NCBI GenBank assembly: GCA_965652645.1
Contig: CBFGXE010000003.1
Span: 48,151-112,150, forward strand
Reading direction: 5' to 3'
Source: an uncultured bacterium
GTDB lineage: Bacteria; Pseudomonadota; Gammaproteobacteria; Steroidobacterales; Steroidobacteraceae
DNA length: 64,000 nt
Shown: positions 38,894 to 48,487 of the stretch, piece after piece
Numbering within the stretch: the stretch's first letter is position 1
Layout: each line of letters opens with the position of its first letter
Position numbers and translations under genes: made by a program
The notes under the pieces: generated by a model
Seen by the model: only the letters and a program-made list of their open reading frames with translations
The model's database searches: none
Told to the model about the DNA's origin: nothing

Positions 38894-38984
38894 AGGCCGG
38901 CCATTATCGCACCCGTACCGCGGGGCGCGGGGCGGCAATTGGCATTCCCTGATGCCAACGCACACATCCGGCCCTGATGGGGGC

Positions 38985-39950
38985 TTATGGCGGGGCCAGC
39001 AGGGTTTCGAGTCCCGAAGGAGCGCCGCCCTCACCGACCCAGAACAGTGCCGATGTGCCGTCCGGGGACACCAGAAGCAGCCTGCCCGAGCTCGCCCAGG
39101 TGCGCGGCCAGGCGGAGTCCTGCGGGCCGGCGCCCAGCGTGAGGCCCAGGCGCAGCCAGTCCGGGGCGCGGGCCGCGAAGCAGCAGTGCACCGCGACCGC
39201 GCCGCGCCGGTGGTCCAGCAGCAGCGTGGCATCGTGCGCGGCCGTCGCGGCCCACAGCTCGCGTTCCAGCACCGCGGCGAAGCCAGCACCTTCCGCCACG
39301 GACACCACGGTGGCCAGCAGCTGTGCGGCTGCCACCGGCAGCATCTCCGGCACAGCGGGCGCCGCGGGCTTGTACACGGCGAGCGCGGCCTGGGTGAAGT
39401 CCGGACCCGAAGCAAGCTGGGCGGTGGAGGCGAAGGGATTCAGCGCCGGGAAACGGGGCCGCTCGCCGATGCCGCCGGCAATGCGCGCCAGCAACTCCCG
39501 CGGCGTGATGGCGCCGCGCTGGTCCTGCTTCCAGGCATCCAGCCACGCACCCACCGGCTGGTCGATGATGCCGGGGCGGCGCCGTTCCAGCGCATCGAAG
39601 ACCAGCGGCAGCACCAGCACGGACAGGCCGCGACCATCGACGGGCTCTTCGGCGCTGGCACCGGGGCGCACCCATGCCTCGGTGACGCCGGCGCGATGGC
39701 GCAGCAGCAGTTGCGTCTGCGCAGTGGCGGCGGCGGCGGCGACTTCCGCCGTGGCCGGCGCCAGCTCCCACGGCGCGGCGCCGCCGCGCACCAGCGCACG
39801 CGGACCGGCGAGCTCTCCCGGCCACTGGCCTGCCGCCTCGTGCCACGCCCAGGCACGGCGCCAGAAGGGCCAGTGCGCGGTCAGCGCGCCCACGGCCAGG
39901 GAAGCTGTCACCAGCAGGACGACAGCGACGATCACCACCCCACGCTGCAT
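38985..39950 (-). CDS. membrane-anchored hypothetical protein, possibly a degenerate beta-lactamase/serine-hydrolase fold
   Basis: 321 aa with an N-terminal TM (VVIVAVVLLVTASLAVGAL). Weak colinearity with beta-lactamase-family proteins (GLSVLVLPLVFDAL..IDQPVGAWL..ITPRELLARIAGG..AAQLLATVVSVAEGAGFAAVLEREL). The SxxK position reads SVLV. Confidence 0.35.
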   Translation of the reverse strand: MQRGVVIVAVVLLVTASLAVGALTAHWPFWRRAWAWHEAAGQWPGELAGPRALVRGGAAPWELAPATAEVAAAAATAQTQLLLRHRAGVTEAWVRPGASAEEPVDGRGLSVLVLPLVFDALERRRPGIIDQPVGAWLDAWKQDQRGAITPRELLARIAGGIGERPRFPALNPFASTAQLASGPDFTQAALAVYKPAAPAVPEMLPVAAAQLLATVVSVAEGAGFAAVLERELWAATAAHDATLLLDHRRGAVAVHCCFAARAPDWLRLGLTLGAGPQDSAWPRTWASSGRLLLVSPDGTSALFWVGEGGAPSGLETLLAPP

Positions 39951-39978
39951 GGCGACATGATACCGCTACACTCGCAGG

Positions 39979-41442
39979 ATGCCCCTTCGCATCTGCTTCA
40001 TCGCCTCGGAGGCGACGCCGCTGGCCAAGACGGGCGGCCTGGCAGACGTGGCCGGCGCGCTCATCCGCCACCTGCATGCAGATGGTCACGACGTGCGCGC
40101 CTTCATGCCGCTGTACAGCCAGGTCGACCGCAGCCGCCTCGACATCTCGCCCGTGGAAACGCTGCGCGCCATCCCCGTGCAGCTCGGCGGCCATGCCTTC
40201 ACCTTCGACGTGCACGTGGCGCACCTGCCCGGATCCTCCGCGCTGATCCACCTGGTGGACGCACCGGCGCTGTATTCGCGCGCACGCCTCTACACCAGCG
40301 ACGCCGACGAGCACCTGCGTTTCCTGCTGCTCACCCACGCCGCGCTGCTGTGCTGCCAGCGCATGGCCTTCGCCCCGCAGATCCTCCACTGCAATGACTG
40401 GCACACGGGCTTCGGCCCGCTGCTGCTGAAGACCACCTATGCCTGGGACCGGCTGTTCCATGGCACGCGCAGCCTGATGTCCATCCACAACATTGCCTAC
40501 CAGGGCGTGTTCGGCGCGCACCTGGCCGGCGACACCGGGCTGGGCGATGCCGCGCACCTGCTCGATGGCGGCGAGCGCGCGGCCGGGCGCATCAATCCGC
40601 TGCGCGAGGGCATCGCCCATGCCGATGCGGTCAGCACGGTGAGTCCCACCTATGCACGCGAGATCCAGACGCCTGAATATGGCTACGGGCTCGACGGCCT
40701 GCTGCGCGCGCGCGCCGGCGTGCTCTCCGGCATCCTCAATGGCGTGGACACCGCCGACTGGGATCCGGCCACCGATGCCTTCCTGCCGCGGCACTTCGAT
40801 GCCACGCGGCTGCAGGTGAAGGCGGCGCTGAAGCGCGAGTTCGCGGCCCGGCGCGGCCTGCGCCTGGTGCCCCGCCGCCGCGTGCCGCTGGTGGGCATGA
40901 TCACCCGTCTCACCCCGCAGAAGGGCTTCGACCTGGTGATGCAGGTGCTGCCCGGGCTGCTGGCGCAGCGGGATTTCCGCTGCGCCGTGCTGGGCAGCGG
41001 CGATGCGGTATATGAGGAGTTCTTCCATTCCCTGGCGGCGCAGCATCCGGACCGGGTCAGCTTCCACGCCGGCTACAGCGAGGAGCTGGCGCACTGGATC
41101 GAGGCGGCCAGCGACATGTTCCTGATGCCCTCGATGTACGAGCCCTGCGGCCTCAACCAGATGTACAGCCAGCGCTACGGCACCGTGCCCATCGTGCGCC
41201 GCACCGGCGGACTGGCCGACTCGGTACGGCATTTCGATCCTGCCACCGGCGAGGGCACCGGCGTGGTGTTCAATGACTACGACACGGGCGCCGTCACCTG
41301 GGGCCTCACCACGGCGCTGGACTGGTACGCGAAGAAACCCCTGTGGGAGCGCATCGTGAGGAACGCGATGGCCGAGGATTTCTCCTGGGAGCGCCGCGTG
41401 GGTGAATACGCCGCGCTGTACGGGCGGATGCTGGCCGCGTGA
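39979..41442 (+). CDS. glgA: glycogen synthase (ADP-glucose)
   Basis: 487 aa. MPLRICFIASEATPLAKTGGLADVAGAL (KTGGL motif), a C-terminal GT-B domain, and PSMYEPCGLNQMYSQRYGTVPIVRRTGGLADSV. Confidence 0.95.
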   Translation: MPLRICFIASEATPLAKTGGLADVAGALIRHLHADGHDVRAFMPLYSQVDRSRLDISPVETLRAIPVQLGGHAFTFDVHVAHLPGSSALIHLVDAPALYSRARLYTSDADEHLRFLLLTHAALLCCQRMAFAPQILHCNDWHTGFGPLLLKTTYAWDRLFHGTRSLMSIHNIAYQGVFGAHLAGDTGLGDAAHLLDGGERAAGRINPLREGIAHADAVSTVSPTYAREIQTPEYGYGLDGLLRARAGVLSGILNGVDTADWDPATDAFLPRHFDATRLQVKAALKREFAARRGLRLVPRRRVPLVGMITRLTPQKGFDLVMQVLPGLLAQRDFRCAVLGSGDAVYEEFFHSLAAQHPDRVSFHAGYSEELAHWIEAASDMFLMPSMYEPCGLNQMYSQRYGTVPIVRRTGGLADSVRHFDPATGEGTGVVFNDYDTGAVTWGLTTALDWYAKKPLWERIVRNAMAEDFSWERRVGEYAALYGRMLAA

Positions 41443-41445
41443 AGC

Positions 41446-41889
41446 TCAGCGCAGTTTCAGCGTGCCGGAATGGTCGAAGGGAATGGTCTTGATCATGCCC
41501 TTGGCCAGCCGCACCTTGCCCAGCACGCGGTAGGTGGGCTCGCCGCGGTTGCGATCGCCGATCATGCGCAACACCGCCGCGGCGGCATTGGCGGTGACGT
41601 CGAGGTCGAACTCCGCCGAACCCATGGCCGGCACCTGGATGTCGCGGCTGGATTCGCCCGTGGCGAAGGTCTCGCCCGAGAGTTGCACCTCGTAGGTGAT
41701 GCCGCGCACGGGCAGCTCCACGGCGTTGGGGTTGTGCACGCGCATCTTCACGCGCAGCTGCTGCTTGAGCAGGTCGCCGCTGAGCAGCCCGACCTCCATC
41801 ACCTGCAGGCGTGGTGGCTCGAGTCTGGCGAGCGCGCAGCCGCCGAGCAGGGCCACGACCATGGTGGCGGCAAGGACGCGGATCCACAT
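41446..41889 (-). CDS. LEA type 2 (LEA14/WHy, NDR1/HIN1-like) lipoprotein
   Basis: 147 aa. Lipobox ALLGGCA. Pattern QQLRVKMRVHNPNAVELPVRGITYEVQLSGETFATGES typical of LEA_2 beta-sandwich proteins. Lies 3 nt after the malQ stop and 3 nt from the convergent glgA stop. Confidence 0.7.
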   Translation of the reverse strand: MWIRVLAATMVVALLGGCALARLEPPRLQVMEVGLLSGDLLKQQLRVKMRVHNPNAVELPVRGITYEVQLSGETFATGESSRDIQVPAMGSAEFDLDVTANAAAAVLRMIGDRNRGEPTYRVLGKVRLAKGMIKTIPFDHSGTLKLR

Positions 41890-41892
41890 TGT

Positions 41893-43260
41893 TCAGCCCC
41901 CCCGGTTGTGCACGTGGATGAGGTCACGATAGCGCAGGGCCAGTGGCGCTGTCAGTGACTCCAGGTGCAGACGCCAGGTCCAGTTGCCGGAGCGGGTGCC
42001 GGGGCGGTTCAGGCGCGCCTCGCTGCCCAGGTGCAGCAGGTCCTGCACCGGCAGCACGGAGAGCACGGCCACCGAGGAGAGCACGCTGCGAAGCATGGCA
42101 TCGGGCACCTCGTGGTCGGCGCGGCCGAGGAAACGGCGCACCTGGTCGCGGGCATGTTCAGGCAACGAGGCATACCAGCCCACGGTGGTGTCGTTGTCAT
42201 GCGTGCCGGTGTAGGCGATGCTGTCGGGCTCGTGCATGTGCGTGAGGTGCGGGTTGGACGGATCACCGTCGAAGCCGAACTGCAGCACGCGCATGCCCGG
42301 CAGCGCGAAGGCCTTGCGCAGCGCCGTCACCTCCGGCGTGATCACGCCGAGGTCCTCGGCGACAAGCTCCAGCTGCGGCAGTCGCGCGCGCACCCTGGCA
42401 AGGAGCCGGTGCCCGGGCGCCTCGCGCCACTGGCCGCCCCGCGCATCGGGCGCACCGGCGGGAACTGCCCAGTAGGCCTGCAGCGCGCGGAAATGATCGA
42501 TGCGCAGCAGGTCGAAGCGTTCGGCCTGCAGCCCCAGCCTCGTGAGCCAGAAGCGGAAACCGTCGCGCTGCTGCCAGGCCCAGTCATACAGGGGATTGCC
42601 CCACAGCTGGCCATCCTCGGAAAAATAGTCCGGCGGCACGCCGGCCACCGCCTGCGCCTCGCCATTGGCGTCGAGCTGGAACTGGTCGCGGTTCACCCAG
42701 GTGGCGACGGAATCCGGGGCAACGTAGATGGGCAGGTCGCCGAAGAGATGGATGCCGCGCGCGGCCGCATGCGCGCGCAGCGCGCGCCACTGCGCATCGA
42801 AACGCCACTGCGCACGGGCCAGCCCATGCATGGGCGTCGCCAGGCGTTTCGCGGCCGCGGCCAGCGCCACCGGCTTGCGATCACGCAGGTCCACGGGCCA
42901 GCGCCACCAGGGCAGCGCGCCCTGCTCGGCGCTGATGGCCTCGAACAGCAGGTAGTCCGGCAGCCAGGCAGCCTGCGTGGACTGCCATTCCGCGAAGTCG
43001 TCGGCATTGCCGGGATCGCGGGCATGCGGATCGAGCAGTTCCGGGTTGCCCGCGCGATCCGAGCGCGCCCAGTAGGGTGAGCCGGAGCGGTCCACCGGCA
43101 CCAGCGGCAGCAACTGCCACACCGTGAAACCCGCGTCGGCCAGCCAGTCGATGAAACGCCGGCTGCGATCCCCCAGCGCGCCCTGCCCCTCGTGGCACAG
43201 CGCGGAGGCCGGCAGCAGGGCACCGGCGCGCCGGCGCACCAGTACGCGCCCCGCGTTCAT
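41893..43260 (-). CDS. malQ: 4-alpha-glucanotransferase (amylomaltase)
   Basis: 455 aa from MNAGRVLV (ATG 43260, ATGA overlap with the upstream gene). Blocks GIHLFGDLPIYVAPDSVATW, LLRIDHFRALQAYWAVP and YTGTHDNDT. Confidence 0.9.
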   Translation of the reverse strand: MNAGRVLVRRRAGALLPASALCHEGQGALGDRSRRFIDWLADAGFTVWQLLPLVPVDRSGSPYWARSDRAGNPELLDPHARDPGNADDFAEWQSTQAAWLPDYLLFEAISAEQGALPWWRWPVDLRDRKPVALAAAAKRLATPMHGLARAQWRFDAQWRALRAHAAARGIHLFGDLPIYVAPDSVATWVNRDQFQLDANGEAQAVAGVPPDYFSEDGQLWGNPLYDWAWQQRDGFRFWLTRLGLQAERFDLLRIDHFRALQAYWAVPAGAPDARGGQWREAPGHRLLARVRARLPQLELVAEDLGVITPEVTALRKAFALPGMRVLQFGFDGDPSNPHLTHMHEPDSIAYTGTHDNDTTVGWYASLPEHARDQVRRFLGRADHEVPDAMLRSVLSSVAVLSVLPVQDLLHLGSEARLNRPGTRSGNWTWRLHLESLTAPLALRYRDLIHVHNRGG

Positions 43261-44972
43261 GACCGGCGCATCACGCCGCCGAGCTCCGGATCTCCCTGCC
43301 CGACGCTGATGGGCTGTTGCAGGTGTTCCGGGGGCTCGAGCCGCAGCGCGCGATACAGGCTGGTGAGCTGGTGGCGGTAGAGTTCGTCGAAGTCGCGCAC
43401 GGCGCCGGCCGGGTTGTAGTCGCCGAACCACCAGAACCAGTCGGAGGCCTCGCAGGCGGCCAGCTGGCGTTCGGCGCGCGCCAGCTCCTCCGGTCCCAGG
43501 CGGCCCTGCGCCACCACTTCATCGTAGGCGCGCTTGGCCTCGCACAGCAGGTCCCAGCCGCGGTTCTTGTCCGGGTCTCCCATCCACGTGGACAGCGTGC
43601 CGTACACCCAGGAGCCCGGGCGCAGTTTCGGCAGCGCCGCCGGGGCGATGCCCTGCGTGCGATGGGCATCCACGCACTCGGCCAGCGTGGCCAGGCGCAG
43701 CCGCGGATGCCGGGCAAGCAGCGTGTACATGGCGGAGAGGAAGTACCAGCCGTTGCAGGGATAGTGCTCCCAGGCGTTCTCGCCATCCAGTGCCACGAGC
43801 AGCACGCGACCGGGTGCATCGGCCGTGCGCTCGGCAATGGCGGCCAGCTCGTGCGCGAAATTGGCCGCGGCGTCATCGCCATGCCAGCGCGAGTAGGTGA
43901 AACCGATGAGGTCGGAAAGCCCGTCATGGCGGAAGAAGCAGCGCAGGGCGCCGCCAGGCAGCGACCATGGCTGGTTGAGGAGTTTCTCGGCCGGCCCCTG
44001 TCCAGCGGGCACCTCGATGCCGGAAATGTGCAGCGAGGGATGCAGCACGGCGACGCTGGTGGCCAGGCAGTCGAACCCCGCGGCCTCGATGGCCGCCACG
44101 GCCGCCTCGCTCACCGCGCCTTCGGACGGCCAGCAGCTGCGCGGCCGCTGGCCGAACACGCGCACGTGGGACTCCACCGCCCGCTTCAGGTGCCAGGCCG
44201 CGCGTTCGGCACCGCCGGGATAGGCCGGGGCATGGGGGCGCGGCGCATGCGGCTCGCCCTCGCGCGCGGCGCCGAAGTCGATCAGCAGCGGCAGGATGGG
44301 ATGGCTGAAGGGTGAAGTGGCCAGCTCGCAGCGCCCGGTCTCGGCCAGCGCGCGGTAGCGCGGCAGCACGCCGGCGAGCAGCTCGCCGACGAGCGCCAGC
44401 AATTCGCGGCGATCGGCGGCATCAAAACCCCGGGCCTTCGCTTCGAGCTTCGCGACGCGCGCGTCGCCGCGCCGCACCGATTCCCCCAGCCAGGCCAGGT
44501 GGTACCAGACCGACAGGTCGTGCAGGAACTGGTCGGACAGGTAACCGATGCGTTCCGGATGGTCCATGGAACGCGCGATTTCCACCAGCGCGGCAAAGGG
44601 TGGATGGCGCTCGATGAGGTTGTGGCGGTCGGCGCGCAGGCAGGCCTGCAGCAGCGACTGGCGCGCGGCGGCATCCTGCGGCAGTGGCGCATCCGACAGG
44701 GTGGCCAGCAGCGCGTCGGGCAGTGGCGCGCCGCCGTCGAGGCAGGCGCGCACGGCGGCGGCAAGGTCCTCGATCTGCTCCACCAGCACGGGCGTGAAAT
44801 TGACCACGGCCTTCGCGCCGGGCACCTGCTCCAGGTGCGCGGCCATGTCCACGTAGTCCTTGATGACGTGCAGCCAGGTCCAGGGCAGCACGTAGCGGCC
44901 GGAAAGCGCGTCGCGGTACGGCGGCTGGTGCATGTGCCAGAACAGCACTACTGGCAGCCGCGTGTCGTTCAT
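43257..44972 (-). CDS. glycoside hydrolase family 57 protein
   Basis: 571 aa from MNDTRLPVVLFWHMHQPPY (GH57 region I). ELATSPFSHPILPL and LVALDGENAWEHY (nucleophile-region motif). ATGA overlaps on both sides. Confidence 0.85.
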   Translation of the reverse strand: MNDTRLPVVLFWHMHQPPYRDALSGRYVLPWTWLHVIKDYVDMAAHLEQVPGAKAVVNFTPVLVEQIEDLAAAVRACLDGGAPLPDALLATLSDAPLPQDAAARQSLLQACLRADRHNLIERHPPFAALVEIARSMDHPERIGYLSDQFLHDLSVWYHLAWLGESVRRGDARVAKLEAKARGFDAADRRELLALVGELLAGVLPRYRALAETGRCELATSPFSHPILPLLIDFGAAREGEPHAPRPHAPAYPGGAERAAWHLKRAVESHVRVFGQRPRSCWPSEGAVSEAAVAAIEAAGFDCLATSVAVLHPSLHISGIEVPAGQGPAEKLLNQPWSLPGGALRCFFRHDGLSDLIGFTYSRWHGDDAAANFAHELAAIAERTADAPGRVLLVALDGENAWEHYPCNGWYFLSAMYTLLARHPRLRLATLAECVDAHRTQGIAPAALPKLRPGSWVYGTLSTWMGDPDKNRGWDLLCEAKRAYDEVVAQGRLGPEELARAERQLAACEASDWFWWFGDYNPAGAVRDFDELYRHQLTSLYRALRLEPPEHLQQPISVGQGDPELGGVMRRS

Positions 44973-46261
44973 CCGCTCCGTGTGGCCGCCATCAGGGTTT
45001 CGGGAGTGACGAGCACGATGCCGCGCGGCGTGACGTCGAAGCGCTGGCGGTCGAGCTCCGGATTCACGCCGATCTGCATGTTGTCGACGATGTCGCAGTG
45101 CTCGTCGATGATGGCGTTGCGGATCACGCAGTTCCTGCCGATGCGCACGCCGGGCATGATGACCGAACGCTCCACCAGCGAGCGCTCGTCGACCCGCACG
45201 GCCGAGAACAGCAGCGACTCGCGCACCACCGCGCCGGAGATGATCGAGCCCCCGGCCACCAGCGAATTGATGGCCGTGCCGGTGCGGCCCTCGTCCGACA
45301 GCACGAACTTGGCCGGGGGCTGCTGCACCTGGTAGGTCCAGATGGGCCACTCCTCGTCATAGACGTTGAGCTCGGGCGACACGTGCACCAGCTCGAGGTT
45401 GGCCTCGTAGAAGGCATCGACCGTACCCACGTCGCGCCAGTAGTTCTGCGCCTTGGTGCGCACGTTGCGGAACGGGTAGGCGAACACCTGCAGGGATTCG
45501 ATGGCCTTGGGGATGATGTTCTTGCCGAAGTCGTGCGCGGAATTCTCGTCGGCCGCGTCCTCGTGCAGCAGGCGCTCGAGCAGGTCGGCATTGAAGATGT
45601 AGATGCCCATGGAGGCCAGCGCCACGTCGGGGTTGCCGGGCATGGGCTCCGGTTCACGCGGCTTCTCGGCGAACCGGGTGACGCGGTTCCAGCCGGTGAC
45701 CGACAGCACGCCGAACTCGCGCGCATCGGCCAGCGGCACCTCCACCACGCCCACGGTGATGTCGGCGCCCTTCTCCACGTGGTAGGCGATCATCGGACCG
45801 TAGTCCATCTTGTAGATGTGGTCGCCGGCCAGCACCAGCACGTGGCGCGGGCCATGCGCGCGCAGGTAGTCGAGGTTCTGGAAGACGCTGTCGGCCGTGC
45901 CGCGGTACCAGTGTTTGCCCACCTGCTGCTGCGCGGGGATCACGTCGACGAACTCGCCGAACTCGCCCCTGAGGTAACTCCAGCCGCGCTGCACGTGCTG
46001 GATCAGCGACTGGCCCTTGTATTGCGTGAGCAGGCAGATCTTGCGGATGCCCGAGTTCACGCAGTTGGAGAGCACGAAATCGATGATGCGGAACTTGCCG
46101 CCGAAGGGGGTGGCGGGCTTGCAGCGATTCTCGGTGAGGCCGCGCAGGCGCTCGCCCCGTCCGCCGGCCATGATCATCGCCATCGTGCCGCCCGTGAGGC
46201 GGCTGACGTAGCGTCCGGATGAAGTGCGCGAGGCGGTAGCCATTGCAGCTATATTTACCAC
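44969..46261 (-). CDS. glgC: glucose-1-phosphate adenylyltransferase
   Basis: MAMIMAGGRGERLRGLTENRCKPATPFGGKFRIIDFVLSNCVNSGIRKICLLTQYKGQSLIQHVQRGW is near-colinear with E. coli GlgC, with a left-handed beta-helix C-terminus. Start GTG 46261 or ATG 46243. Confidence 0.95.
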   Translation of the reverse strand: MVNIAAMATASRTSSGRYVSRLTGGTMAMIMAGGRGERLRGLTENRCKPATPFGGKFRIIDFVLSNCVNSGIRKICLLTQYKGQSLIQHVQRGWSYLRGEFGEFVDVIPAQQQVGKHWYRGTADSVFQNLDYLRAHGPRHVLVLAGDHIYKMDYGPMIAYHVEKGADITVGVVEVPLADAREFGVLSVTGWNRVTRFAEKPREPEPMPGNPDVALASMGIYIFNADLLERLLHEDAADENSAHDFGKNIIPKAIESLQVFAYPFRNVRTKAQNYWRDVGTVDAFYEANLELVHVSPELNVYDEEWPIWTYQVQQPPAKFVLSDEGRTGTAINSLVAGGSIISGAVVRESLLFSAVRVDERSLVERSVIMPGVRIGRNCVIRNAIIDEHCDIVDNMQIGVNPELDRQRFDVTPRGIVLVTPETLMAATRSG

Positions 46262-46288
46262 AGGCCGCCTTCATAAAAGCGATGGTTC

Positions 46289-48487
46289 ATGACGGATTCG
46301 ACCTACACGCGGGAGGGTGACTCGACCACTCACGCCATCGCGATGGAACTGCGACGCGTTGCCGGCGGCCGGCACCACGATCCGCACACCGTGCTGGGAG
46401 TGCATGCCGCCGGCAGCGGCAAGGTTGTGCGCGCCTACCTTCCGGCCGTACGGGATGTACACATTGCCGGCGGGCCGGCACTGCGCCGGCTGGGCGACAC
46501 GGATTTCTTCGAGGGAGAATTGCCCGGAGGCGCCGGCTCGCATCCGCGGCTGTGCTGGACCGATGCGCATGGCGCACGCCATGAACGCATCGATCCCTAC
46601 AGCTTCAACCCGACGCTGCAGCCGGCGGACCTCGCGCTGTTTGCCTCGGGCGTGCACGTGGAAGCCTGGAAGATGCTCGGCGCGCACCCGGCCAGTTTCG
46701 ATGGCATCGATGGCGTGCGTTTTGCCGTGTGGGCGCCGGATGCCGAGCGCGTGAGCCTGGTCGGGCCGTTCTGCGAATGGGATGGCCGCCGCCTGCCCAT
46801 GCGGGCGTTGGGCAGCAGCGGCGTGTGGGAGCTTTTTGTTCCCGGGCTGCCGCTGGGCACGCTGTACAAGTTCGAACTGCGCAACCGGGCCAGCGGGGAA
46901 ATCCTGGTGAAGACCGACCCGCACGCGCTGGCGATGGAACTGCGCCCGGCAACTGCTGCCATCGTCACCGATACGCACGCCTACACCTGGGGCGATGCCG
47001 CCTGGCTCAAGGCCCGCGCACAGCGCGACTGGCTGCATGCGCCCATGTCCATCTACGAGGTGCATGCCGGCTCCTGGAACCGCCACCCGGACGGGCGATT
47101 CTTCAGTTACCGCGAGCTGGCCACGGAGCTGCTGCCCTACGTGAAACGCATGGGTTTCACCCACATCGAGTTGCTGCCGGTCACCGAACATCCGCTGGAT
47201 GACTCCTGGGGCTACCAGACCACCGGCTACTTCGCGCCCAGCAGCCGCTTCGGCACGCCCGACGACTTCAAGCATTTCATTGACTGCTGCCATGCCGAGG
47301 GCATCGGCGTGGTGCTCGACTGGGTGCCGGCGCATTTCCCGCGCGACGCGCACGGACTGGCGCGCTTCGACGGCACCGCGCTCTATGAATACCCGGACCC
47401 GCTGAAGGGGGAGCACGCGGACTGGGGCACGCTGGTGTTCAACTACGAGCGGCACGAGGTGAAGAGCTTCCTGCTCTCCAGCGCCTGCTACTGGCTGGAG
47501 CATTTCCACCTGGATGGCCTGCGTGTCGATGCGGTGGCCTCCATGCTCTACCTGGACTACGGCCGGCGCGGGCAGTACGTGCCGAACCGCCACGGCGGCC
47601 GCGAGAACCTGGAGGCCGTGGAGTTCCTGCGCACGCTGAATGCCATTACCCATGCGCGCGCGCCCGGCACCGTGATCATGGCGGAGGAATCCACCTCCTG
47701 GCCCATGGTGAGCCGTCCCGTCGACGCCGGCGGCCTCGGCTTCTCGATGAAGTGGAACATGGGCTGGATGCACGACACGCTCAACTACTTCGCGCAGGAC
47801 CCGCTGTACCGCAAGCACCACCAGGACCAGCTCACCTTCGCGATGATGTATGCGTGGACGGAGAACTTCATCCTGCCGCTGTCGCATGACGAGGTGGTGC
47901 ACCTGAAACGCTCGCTGCTGGGCCGCATGCCCGGCGACCGCTGGCAGCAGCTGGCCAACCTGCGGCTGCTCTACACCTACATGTGGACGCTGCCGGGCAA
48001 GAAGCTGCTGTTCATGGGCGGGGAGCTTGCCCATCCCTGGGAGTGGGACTTCCGCGTCGCCCTGCCCTGGTTCCTGCTCGAGCACGCCGAACACCGCGGC
48101 GTGCAGCAGCTGGTGGCCGACCTCAACCGGCTCTACGTGAACGAGCCGGCCCTGCACTGGCATGAATTCGAGCCGGAGGGATTCCGCTGGATCGACTGCA
48201 GCGACCGGCAGCACTCGGTGCTGGCCTACCTGCGCACGGCCGGCTGGCGGCAGCTGGTGGTTGTGTTGAACTTCACGCCCGAGCCACGCGCGGGCTATCG
48301 CATCGGCGTTCCCGAAGCCGGCACCTGGCAGGTGCTGCTGAATTCCGACTCCTCGCATTATGGCGGCGCCAACATCGGTGGTGCCCTGTACACCGCCGAG
48401 GCCGTGCCCATGCACGGCCTGCCCGCATCCCTCGCCCTTGACCTGCCGCCGCTGGCGGGGCTGGTGCTGGTCAGGTCGTCTTCATGA
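46289..48487 (+). CDS. glgB: 1,4-alpha-glucan branching enzyme (GH13)
   Basis: 732 aa. [58 protein letters not shown] and [11 protein letters not shown] (GH13 regions I-IV). Confidence 0.95.
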   Translation: MTDSTYTREGDSTTHAIAMELRRVAGGRHHDPHTVLGVHAAGSGKVVRAYLPAVRDVHIAGGPALRRLGDTDFFEGELPGGAGSHPRLCWTDAHGARHERIDPYSFNPTLQPADLALFASGVHVEAWKMLGAHPASFDGIDGVRFAVWAPDAERVSLVGPFCEWDGRRLPMRALGSSGVWELFVPGLPLGTLYKFELRNRASGEILVKTDPHALAMELRPATAAIVTDTHAYTWGDAAWLKARAQRDWLHAPMSIYEVHAGSWNRHPDGRFFSYRELATELLPYVKRMGFTHIELLPVTEHPLDDSWGYQTTGYFAPSSRFGTPDDFKHFIDCCHAEGIGVVLDWVPAHFPRDAHGLARFDGTALYEYPDPLKGEHADWGTLVFNYERHEVKSFLLSSACYWLEHFHLDGLRVDAVASMLYLDYGRRGQYVPNRHGGRENLEAVEFLRTLNAITHARAPGTVIMAEESTSWPMVSRPVDAGGLGFSMKWNMGWMHDTLNYFAQDPLYRKHHQDQLTFAMMYAWTENFILPLSHDEVVHLKRSLLGRMPGDRWQQLANLRLLYTYMWTLPGKKLLFMGGELAHPWEWDFRVALPWFLLEHAEHRGVQQLVADLNRLYVNEPALHWHEFEPEGFRWIDCSDRQHSVLAYLRTAGWRQLVVVLNFTPEPRAGYRIGVPEAGTWQVLLNSDSSHYGGANIGGALYTAEAVPMHGLPASLALDLPPLAGLVLVRSSS

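Noticed and set aside
38939-38958. Sigma-54 promoter (TGGCAT...TGC) within the palindrome upstream of the second efflux adaptor.
   Set aside because: The GG-to-GC spacing is one base longer than the strict -24/-12 geometry, and the -12 element is ATGCC rather than TTGCW. No enhancer-binding protein gene is nearby.
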